From assembly GCA_030248215.1 (NCBI GenBank), contig JASANG010001649.1, positions 1 to 64,000 of the forward strand: a stretch of 64,000 bases of DNA, in the 5' to 3' direction. Below are positions 40,501 to 52,500 of this stretch, piece after piece (position 1 is the stretch's first letter; every line of letters begins with the position of its first letter). Source of the DNA: Enoplolaimus lenunculus (taxonomy: Eukaryota). Made by a program: the position numbers and the translations under genes. The notes under the pieces are model-generated. The model searched no databases, was not told the DNA's origin, and worked only from the letters and a program-made list of their open reading frames with translations.

Positions 40501-43500
40501 TGTTTGCCGTTTGTTTATGAAAATTTTTATGTGATTTTTACCCACGGGTATACCTGCATCAAAATTTTCTTTACCGGCCCGCGTTTATCCGTGAATGTTG
40601 TGCAGCTCTGGCGCGTGAATAGAAGGCTTAATGATTTCAAGCACACCTTCATGCACAAACTTTAAACTGGTTGCGTAGTAACGTATGATAGGACTTTGGT
40701 ACAATTCAACTGCATATTTCTATAACCCAACATTTTTCAGGACAGCATAATTTGTGCCTGGTGTTGTCATTCTGGGTTACTAATCAATAAGCTTCCGGCA
40801 AAGGTTAGCCATTTTTGTTATATTTTCTTATATTTATCTTTATATATGTATGTTATTGCTGTATATTTAAAATCCGTTCAAAATGATCTTGTACGTGCTT
40901 TTTACAATCAATAATCAGTCGTAGATCTATTAAACATGATAGCGTCGTAGAAATCTATGCATGACAAGGAGGCATCGAACTCACCATTTGACCGATTTCG
41001 AAACCGATACCGTACTTTTGATTTTTACCGAGTATGAAACTGAATCTAAACTTTTCTCGGCACCCGTATGCATGGTCTTGTCTTTAGTTAACAAAAATGG
41101 TCTAACTCAATACGGTACCACGTACCACCTGAATACGTGTCAAAATTTAAATCATATTCCTGGAAACAATTTTTGAAGTTTTGTTGCAAGTTAGTTATTT
41201 GACATTAAGAAAGTAAATACTTTGTTGACAAAAATTACCGATTCAAAGGTAATGCGTTTGTAACTTACTTGGCCGTGTGTTTTATTGTTTTAAAGCATAT
41301 GTAGCGTATTTTGAAAAATTTGAGAATTCTTGGCGATTCAATCACCTGATCATAAAACAGTTTGCCTTGCGGTTTTAGAGTGGAAGCATACGATCAGTTG
41401 AAATTGATCCAACTGGAGATGATATTGTAAGTTTTTCTGGTATATCCAAGAGGATACAAACGGTATTCAGATCCGGCTACGATTCTGGTTGAAATTTTAT
41501 TTCGATTCTGATTACGATTGCTGGTATAATCGGGATCGCAACTTTTCATTGTTTCCAACGTATAGCGGTTAAGCTTTCAACTATAAAAAAATTTCAAATT
41601 ATAACAAAATTGTGAAAAATGATTTTTAAACACTATTTTGTAGCATAATAATGCATTGCTTTTGAGTTAGGTCTTCGGTTTCGATAGTGGAGCAATTATC
41701 GCATGTAATAAAAGTCAACTGATTGAGAAGATTGGTGCAAAGCAAACGTTGATGACGTCAGACGAGGTATTGGCATTAGCTTCGGTAATACCTACTTTAA
41801 GCCAAGTTCAGCTGGCTATCCACTAAATCACTTGAATCGTAATATTCTACTTCTGTAATACAATTGACTACTCAAAGTACGATTGGCTTCTGGCTCGCTT
41901 CGATTGCGAAGCTTTCCTCAAAATTTTACCTCAGTAAAAGTTTTGACAGTAAACTCGTACTTTTCATTCAGTTCCTAAGGGATCCAGATAATGTACCTTC
42001 GCCTCTATTTTCTGCAAAAGTTGCAAAACAGAAAAATACTCGCGATAGTGACATTGGCGTAATGTTGAGGTCTATATGGATCGGGCGATAAACACAGAAC
42101 ATAATCAGATGCGAAACGTGAAGGGCAAAACGGGGGGGGGGGGTGATATGTGAGGGCGAAAGGTGGTGGGGTCGAAACTTGGCGGGGGGAACGAACAGTG
42201 GAGGCTAGCTTTCCGTATCTCCTTTTTCTATGCATTTAATAGTTTTTTGTAGTGTCAGCAGGTCTAACTCTGAAATAACCCTTTTAGATTTATGGTCGGG
42301 CAACGAATGTGGTATACCTGGCCGATGGGTGTGTTGTAATCACTGAGAATGGGTAAATTGCTAAATTATTGGTTTAACGTTTAGCAATAAGTTTTTTTGT
42401 GTTGATTTCAATTATTTTTGTGCCAAAAACTAATCATTATCGGTTTGAAATACATACTTATCAACAAAAACTTGCGTACATCAGGTGACTTTTTCAATGG
42501 TTGTGTAGTATATACATGTTACTCTTGCTATTATTGGATATGGCTCAATGTTGCGCAGGGTAAAAGGTTGTACAGTTACAAAATTGTATATATTATGACC
42601 AGTGAATCAATTCTCAAATGCGTGCAGCAACTTTTCTTACGTTCAAATCAAACAATGGTGAGCTTCAAAGTTTATCACATTTATTCATCTGATTTGCCGT
42701 ACCTTTCACAGGTTTTGAGATTTTTCACTTTTGCGATTTGTTTCTTTGAAGTCAAGAATGTCTTAATGACTAATGATATGTCTGATTTCTAGATCAAAAT
42801 ACGGCTTCTGTAACTGAGTCGTGTTAGATGTAGTGAATTATTGCAATATATACACACGGTTTTAGCAAACATATTTTGTTTTGTGCGACCGGATATCCGG
42901 ATTCGGTTTAATATCCGGTAAAAATCCGGTTCCGGTACCTGGCATTAACTTACCGGATACCGCATATTTACGGTGGTGTTCCCGAATTGTAAAAAATTGC
43001 TTTTGTACAAGTGAAGGTCTTTAAAATCTTGCTGCGATTGTATTTCGGGGCAACTTAAGGAGATAGAATGAAAACTTCAAGCTAACAATTTATTGTAATA
43101 TTCAGTAAACATATTTTTGGCTCGACTCAATTACTTCAACGAGTGCACATGTTTAGATGTTACATCCGGCTAACATTCGTTTCCGGTACCAGCACAAAAT
43201 TCACTATCTAAATGCGGTTCCGGTATTCACAGTAAACTTGGTTCAAGGGAAACTTATGTTGCGGACTCTCTGTTCTTAAAGAAACAGGACCAGGATCCGC
43301 GTTACCTACGCAGCTGAGTGACTGTGGTTGCATTGCGCGACATTGAGTTGACAGCAAAAGCAACAGTCATTCGAACAATTCGATGCTGATACAGTACCGA
43401 AGGAAATGCATAAATTGAGATATTTTTTGCAAAAACAATTTCACAAAATCGGCGAAAATTAATTCTAATCATGATATATTGGTTTTTCAATTTGATTTGC

Positions 43501-46500
43501 ACAGCTGAATATGGGGGATACTGACTAAATTTGGGAGGCGGCGTTATAGTGCCCCCGTTCCTGACGCCCTGTGTCCTATATACGAAGATTTTATCAAAAA
43601 TAGCATGATTTTAGGTTTGTTGTATACTTTCTATTCGATACACACAGTCAGACCTATCAAGACCCTCAGATGATATTTCATGATCAAAAGTTTTCGTACA
43701 GCTGTATAGCTTCAAACTCCAATCACTCGTGTGTATATGTCGGAAATCTTGATGGGATGGTGTATGTAATAACCGAAGGTACCGTAAGTAAATGTAATTA
43801 AAATATCTGCCAGCCGGCGGCTAAGATGCGGCTTATAGAATGTGATTTTCAAGTCTATCTTGCGCTGAAACTGTTCTACTTTTGCAGTTTGTTCTTTGTA
43901 GTTTAATGATTTATTAATTCGTCAACGTCAACGATGTAGTTATAAGTTCGTAACTTTATTTAAAAATCCTGAGGTTATTTTTGATTCAAGTTGAATATTT
44001 TGTTTTTCTGTTTTGTTTGTATAAGTGGTAATCGTGCAATTTGTTTACACTTTTATATATTCACACATTTGATGAATTTTGTTGCAAAACAATACTGCGC
44101 TGTCCTTGTCATTTTAACAGTTGAGGCTTATCAAGTGGCTTCATGTTGAATATAAGAATTTGGCCAGTAAGCCTGAGCCTATGCCTAAGCCTGCTAGTTT
44201 GCAAATTCTCCAGCCCGACGATATTTCCTGCTGGGCAGGCCTCTATGGTTGACAGGGGTTAGAAGATGTTTAATAGTTTCCAGTTGAGATTACAAACAAA
44301 GATAACAGTGTGTACTAGGTTTTATTTTTAATTATATTGCAATTACTAATGTTTCAAAAATAAAATATTACAAATTAAGACTTGAACATTTATCAACTTC
44401 GATGTTTGAAATCTTTTAAAAACGGTTTAACTTATCCGAAACTTGTGTGTTTTAGATTTATTAGTTACTCGACTGTCTGTATTTGCCTGCGGAGCTAAAA
44501 TTTTTGCTGTTCATTGGCTGAATGATAGACAATTTTTGGCATGCGGTACAGAAGGCAGAATGGTAAATTTTTTTATTTTCCATTAGTTATGATACATTTT
44601 GAATTTATTTTTGTGGAATCATTAGATTTGAGACAAATTATGTGTTTACAGAATAAAATTCGTATTAAAAGTAGCATGTGAACTGCATCTGACTTTTTTG
44701 TGAATGGTTTAACATTTGGGGTTTGGTACCGGGACGTTACACCAGATAAGAGTGGCATGTGGGTAAGGAATTTGTGCCTGATCCGCGCTTTACTCGGCAA
44801 ATAAAAATTTTTTACCCGTGGGTACATCCGTACACAAAAAACATCTACCCGTGACTCATTTTTTACCTGCGCATGAAGCTAAATCAGTAGTTCAATGATC
44901 GTTTTGGGGCGGGTAAAACTGTCGATTTTTTTACCCGCGTGATACAAATCTTCTACCCGCGGGTATACCCGCGGTCGAAATTCTTTACCCGACTCTGCAC
45001 CAAATTAAACTGATTTTAAAGTAATTTGAGAATGCAGCAGTTGAAATTAATGTTATCTGTTTTATTATAAGTTTATTCTTTAGAGATGTTTTTGACATTT
45101 TAAACGCTGAAACGAATTTAAATATTAACAAAAAATTCTTAGGCTTAGGCTTAAACTTTTTCTTTTTAGTTGTTAAAAACGAACTTAATTGGTCTATAAA
45201 AAGTTTGAAGTTGCTTTCGGTTATGACAGATGCTTTATTGCATATTTTAGATGCTGGTTGCTTTTCCTCACGAAAAACTGGGTTCTGATAGCGCTGTTTC
45301 AAGTCATAATTCCTTGGATACCACGAAGTTCATTCTTCCTTCGGCTGGCAAACAGAGATGGACGTCTGCTGCTATTTTGTGGACTTCCAGTTTTAGCAAG
45401 CAACAATTCCTTGCCGTTGGGGATCGAAATGGTGGCGTGTTTGTCTACTGTGTGCCAGAGTGTGGAAGCGAAGAAACTGTCTCGGAAGTAACTTATGAAC
45501 CCGTCTGTCCGGAATACAAAATGCTTTTCGTATTGTAAAAAACGTGTTTATATTGATGCGAAAATGGCGTTGAAACAGTCACTGAAGAGCGTTTTGCTTT
45601 ATATCTGCTGCATCAGCGATTTATCTTAGAGTTACTCCATTTACAAAAAAGAGTTTTGGCAGACTCGACCCGCTTGTAGTTTTTAAATTACATAAACCAC
45701 AACTTGTTTTGTGTTAATGGAGAGATTTTTGGTAAATTAGTTCCGGTTGGAGAAATTGTTGGCATGACGAAATCTGTGGAGTTTTAACCTTCTATCAGCC
45801 GAAATTTAACTTGTGATCATATAACTTGATTGATTTATTTGCGGCGTTCACCAACGTCAGATTTCAGCTGTTTTGTGTTTTAAGAATCCGTTAATCTCGT
45901 TCCCAAAAATTCACGGCGTTCACGGAGTGACAGATCTCAAACGTATCTCAACTGGTTGTCTTGCGTCGATTGGAAGAGATGCTCGCATGCGAATGTGGAG
46001 TATGACAGAAATAAATGCGACACCAGGACTACATATGCAATTGTTGGACGATACAAAGGTGTCTAAAATTACTTAAAATTTAAAAAATATTTTTAAAGTA
46101 CTGGAAGTCTGGTCCCGATATGGTGTTAGAAGCACCATTTTTGCTTGCATTTCAGCTACTTCTACGCTCAAACGTCACGCAGTCACTGCGCCCCTGCCTG
46201 ATTGCCATAATTGCTAACCAGATTTAGGTTGAGTATTTTAATTTTAAGATTATGGTAGTTCCATTGTAGTAGCATCAAGAAGTTGTTATTCTGTAAAATG
46301 ATGTTTGCAGGTTGATCGAACTCTAGAATGGCCGGCTAAATTTGTTAATCGCATCGATAACGGAAATTCGTATCATTATATTGCAGGATTTAGATCGGTG
46401 AGCTTTAGGGTAACGCTATACTCGTCGTGCGGTGCCGTCCGTCACTTTCCGGCGCTGTCCGTCACCCATACGGCGCTGTCTATGATACCATATAGTGACG

Positions 46501-49500
46501 GACGGTGACGGACGAACAACGGACGGTGACGGACGCCGCCTGACGTCAACAAAAGTGTACCGCAACCCTTAGACTCAGTTAGTGGTTAGCAGGGTTTCAT
46601 GCAGAATTTAACTGTCGGAATCGGAGTCAAAATTAAATTTTCTTGTTCGAACCGCAATCGGAACCTAAATGTTTTGTTTTGATTATTTTTTTCCTTCTGG
46701 AAATATTTTAAAAGGTAAAACCGAATTGGTTTTATTTAATTCTTTACATAGTTTTTACTCGATGTAAGCTTTCAACCACAAAGTACTACAAAGGTACAGT
46801 TCTCCAAATTAGGTGAATTTGTAATTTATTATCGCTCTTTTCTATTGCCTTAAATCAAACTGGAAACATACTATGTTTAAGCGCGAAATAATTTTGATAA
46901 AACAACAAACGGTCGGAATCGGAATAGAAACGAAAATTTTGTGGGAATTTGAGCCGAGATCGAAATTCCGTTGGATCTCTGGCGGTTTGGATTGTTCGAA
47001 TTATTTTCCGCAAACCTTACTTCATTTTTCAAAACTACATTATGTAATATATAATGTCACCAACTTGTAGACGTATGGAATAGTGTTTTTAGACTTAAAC
47101 AGATTTGGTTTGATGTGGTCGCGTTTTTTGCTAAATGGCTGTAATACCTATGAAAAGTTAAAAAGTGATATGTGGTCCCCTACTTTTTGAGATGTCCTAT
47201 TAGCTGGTCCAAAAGTTGCTGTAATTAATTACGGATGCTAAAACAAAGTTAATACTCGAAAAAATGCCTGGAAACAGACAGTAAGGATATGTTTCAGAAA
47301 ACCCTGTGCAAATGCCAGAACCAGAAAAAACATGAAAATTCGAATTTGAATTCTGGGTTGATTAAACTAATGTCGTCGTTAAATGTTTTTCGCGGTTTAT
47401 TTGCGGCAGGCATAAATTGCGAAATGGCTATTGCACAAACATATCCACGGCATTTTACGGGACCTATTATAATTTGTGTTTGCTGCAAGAAATTTTTCTA
47501 CTTTCTACAAGGTCTGTTCAAACGTTTGCTTGTATTGTTTGTGGTGTCTAATTATATAATTTACTTGCGCGGAATTTTATTTTATTTTAGAGTCATTTCA
47601 CACTGTTCGATCCAAATAAACGTTTTTATGCTTGTGATATCGAATGTGGTGGTGGACAGCGGTCGTGGGACATTTTATTACGTGGTCATGCTCCAACAGA
47701 CGCGAAGTTACTTTATGTCAAACAAGGATCTGTGATTGAATGCAGTGTTAAGCTGAGAGATTTCAGCGAAGTTAAAGTAAGTATGATGTGGTTACGCAGA
47801 CCTAAGAAGAGTAGAGGTGGCACTATATAGAGTTTTTGACTATTTTGAATCCTTCTAGCGTTGTCTGGCAGGGAGGGGCAACGTAGACGACTTGCCATAT
47901 GGCGACCCACAATATTGTAAATCCGATTTATGAATAAAAAAATGACTCGCGGCGCCGTTCGGCGACAAACAACGCAGGACGGTGCGGGTAACAACAAGCA
48001 TAGCGTCACCCCAATCCTACGTCGAAATCGTATATAGCAACATATGACCGTAAGGAGGTAGTGTACCTACGCATATTTATGCACACTAATACACTGATTC
48101 AACTGTTTAGTATTAAAAGCCTATACCAGAAATTACAATGCGACAATTATGAAAACGGCAAAAATAATTTCTGTAACGCAGTGTCTGGTAATTGTTTTCA
48201 GCCTCATTTGCACTCAAGCCAAATCAACGCAATATCGGTTTTACCGCAAAGTTCAAATGAGCCAGGTAAACGCTACTTAGCCCTTGCACACTTTTCAGCC
48301 AACAAGTTCTAATCTAAAAGTTTCCTCAGACTGCTTGGACAAGGATTGACTAATCCTTGATCCTATGCCTAAATACGTTTCAATAAATATCAAAAGAAGC
48401 ATAAACTTGTTACTTTAATATGAGTACTGTAGTGACCCGAATGAGAGGGGGACTGATATTTATTTGGCCTCTCCAGAGGGTACCCCCTGTTATTCGGTTA
48501 CGGAAAGTTATTTATTTTCAACCCGCCCTCCGCCACCCTTCGTTACTGATATATCTCCGGTATTGCAACTGTCCGTTCAATTATAAACGTCGTTTGTCTT
48601 ATGTCAATAGCTTGAGCGATAATGCAAGGTTATACTTTGGAGTATTACTTTCGAAACTTAAGTACGCTTTAAAGTTTCGAACTCAAGTTTATTTGGTCGT
48701 GGAGTCATTTATGCGCTACAAGTAGGGGTAATTGACATTTATATATTGACTGTAATTTGGGTGAGGGACTCTATCTGCTTACGGACTCTTCGGACTCCTA
48801 TTGATTGGGACTCAAAATGGGGACCCCTCTTATTCGGGTCACTACAGTAAGTGTATGTAGTGCTATGCTTAATCTAAATTGTGCCTAACCAGTTCTTAAA
48901 TACTTCCAGTGCCCCTGGCATTATCGCTGATTGTCTATTTGTTTAGTAGCACACGTTTTTAAAATTAATTTATTTCATTACATAGCTAACTCAATGAATA
49001 CTAACTAATTATGATATTTTAGGCATCGTTTTTGCGTCTGTCAGTGAAGATACAACGGTTGTAGTTGGTTCGGTTGACGTTGAATGTAAGTGCGTGTTAA
49101 AATATTAGGACATTGCTAAATTTTTTGTATTTGGAATTTAAGTATTTGGAATTCGAAAAGAATCTCAAATGATGATAGAAAATGTTAGGGCTGTTATTTC
49201 TAAATTGTGCTGGCTGTGGGTGCTTAAGCAGCTCCGATGATTTTTATTCCAACTACTGTTTTTCTATAAATGTTTGGTTGATTTCAAGGATGTGTCCTTT
49301 CAAATCATCACTGTGTTCAAATAACTGGCTAATTAATACATTTTAAGTACATTTTTGGTATTTTAAGTACATTTTTGGCTAGATTTTCGCATAATATATA
49401 ATTTTCTATCATTAAATTTTGAGATAATCATTGGATTTGTGTTCACCAGCGACTTCCACGACAGTATTTTATGTGTTTGTTCCGTTCGAACAATTTGTCG

Positions 49501-52500
49501 AATACATTTTGGTACCTTTTTGTTTAGATCACAATCTTCACGTAACGGTGTCTTCTCTCAGACTATTTTTTGCAGCAAATCATCAAATTACTGTTCACCA
49601 ACGACTTTTACATCACATTTCAAGCGTTCATTGTGTTCGAACGATTGGCGAATTTATTTTTACTGGCGGTGGCAGAAGTGAAATATTTGTCTGGAAGCGT
49701 CATTGGATTAGAAGGCCTTCTACTGGCACGTGTCGGAAAGATCAAACAGATTCGGGATATTTTGGTCCCATTGCATACCGCAAATGTAACGACGATCATC
49801 GCTATATGGATTTAGCGGTGGACCGGTGCAATAATTCAGAAGAATTCAAAATATATGCTGTCACGTCCGGAGGAGTGATGAGGTTAGTTTTTGTTGAATC
49901 GAAGATTATTTATTCATCCTATTTAGAATAATGTTTAGTCTATTTTAGGTTTGGAGCGGGCTCTTGTACATGTTCCCCCACTTGGCACATGCATAAATAT
50001 AGTGTTGGACTCAGAGTTAGCCTTACGATTATGCTTAGGTTTGGAAAAAGCTTTGCACAAGCCTTTGCCGAGTCTTTATCTAACCGCTAACTAAGCCTGA
50101 GCCGAAGCCAGAGCATTAACCTTAAATGTTGGAGAAAGTGTACATGAGCCTTTTGGCTGTGTTTTGAAAAGTGAATATAAAACTTTTCGTCCTGGTAAAG
50201 GTCATGGGCGGAACGTTTTTCTCAGGTACTTGAATAGATAGAGTAAGCTTAAGCTTTAGACTAATTTTTTTGCTCGGCTCAGGCTTAGGCGTAGGCTTAG
50301 GTATAAGCACATTCTTACGCTTAGGCTTAGTTGTAGGATTCTGCTTATGCTACTGTTCCGCCCGTAGTCCTTACATTGGTCAAACTTTTCAACCATATAT
50401 CGAACTTCAATTGAAAAAGCATATGTCTATGTTTACACCTCATTTTTAGTACAGTGTATTGTACATTTTACATTTTGTAGCATATTTTGTGTTATATTTT
50501 ATATTTGTAATAATTAATTCTGGTTTTCATAAATTTTTAAGAACATTCCGTTGTAATACAACGCATTCCGCGCTGAAACTTGTCGCCGAATCTCAGTCAC
50601 AACAAACATGCTTTCAACGTATAATTTCTATTTCTACCGACACCAGTGAAAGGGTTCGTTCGGGCTCTTATGGTACAAGTGTGATGCTAATTGCTGCAAC
50701 GAATGGCACCGTATACTTCTGTTATATAAATGATAGAGATGAACCAAGAGAAAGACTTGATTCTAACAGCTCTGTAGATCAAATGATGTTTGAGGTAAGC
50801 ATTAATTAAGATTATTTCGCTAATGAAAACGTCTATTTTCGTCGCGTGCGTTGTTGCGAATACGAAATAACTTATGACTGCTTTTAAAGTATCACCCTGG
50901 AGTCTCTGTGTCGAAATTAACGGGTACAGAAGGTATGATGCAATACATCACACAGTACTCTTGTGATTGTTAAAATTTTACTATACTAATTTTGCATATG
51001 GAGTTCACATTTGTTTTTTGTCAAATATATGATGAAAATCACATTGGTCTAATTTTGTAAATATTAAAAAACAGATATCTATATATTTTAAACAGGAATG
51101 CCCCACATACTGTATTGACCCGAATAAGAGAGGGGTGGGTAATAAGACGGGGTCCCCATTATGAGTCCGAATCAATAGGAGTCCGTATCCCTAATAAGAG
51201 TCCGTAAGCGTATAGATTCCCTAAACCCTAATTAGAGTCCATAAATGTCAATTAACCCTAAATTGTAGCGCCTAATTAACTGCAGGACCAAATAATTTGA
51301 GTTCGAAACTTTAAAGCGTATTTAAATTTTGAAAGTACATTCCTAAGTATAACCTTGTATTATCGTTCAAGCTATTGACACAAAACAAATAAGCGTTTCA
51401 TTCAACGGATAATTGCAGTACCGGATTTATATCAGTAACGAAGGGCGGCGGAGCGTGGGTTGAAAATAAATAACAGTCCGTAACTGAATAACAAAAGGGG
51501 TACCTTCGGGAGAGGCCAAACAAATATCAGTCCCCCTCTTATTCGGGTCACTACAGTACGTAGTTTGGGCAACGTTCCAGCATTACTTTGTTTACACTAT
51601 TTTCTTAGAACATAAATGTAATTGTTCAGTGAAAAGAAAATTTGCATGTACTGGCTAAGTTTTGCTTATTGCGCAAAGCCGGCTTAATCCTTAATAGTAA
51701 CACTTAATTGTAAAAGCTTCCGATTTTGTTCTATACTTTACTCGAGAATTTACCGTTCGGCACAGCATGGCACCTCAAGCCTTGTAAATAAAATTTTCTG
51801 CTGTGTGGTGCTGTCTGCTAACGGACGGCGCCGCACGATAAACAATACTGTACCGTTAAAACAACCTTACGGTGTAGCCATTATTTCAGGATTCAGAGCA
51901 TCCGTCGACAAGCCAGTGCGATTGTTCACCGGCCCCGTCAACGTCAAACGCAACGCTCCAGTTGAGATTCAAACCGTTATCTGCGCGGGCGTTAAAGCGT
52001 CAAAAATTGAACAATCCCGGACACAAAGATTTGATTAATTGTTTGACGTTGAACTTAATAAAGATAGCACCATGCGCAATTATGGCGATTGATGGTCGTT
52101 TGCTTGGTACGAATTCTCAATGTACAGGTAAATCATTATTTTGCTGAAAGCCGAAATAAAAAATTTAGCGTCAAATCGCGTTGAGCAATGATCTTGTTTT
52201 ATAAGCATTTTGTTTGCATACAGTCCAATGCGCTTAGATTTTGTTATATATTTAATTGTTTTGTCAACAACGCGTTTCAAAAGCTGTGGTTTGTTTGTGT
52301 TACTTCTAATTAACGTTCTTAGCGCTGCCCAATCAAATGCGTTTCTTTTTTTAATCTATAAAACCCTATTCACACGCGCAAGTTTTTGGCAACTGCAACA
52401 CTTGCACTTGCAAGTTTTGTCCAATATCCCGATGGTTCGGAAAACTGTGCAGGTGCCAATAATTCATTAAAAATCATAGCTAATAATTTAGTTCACATGT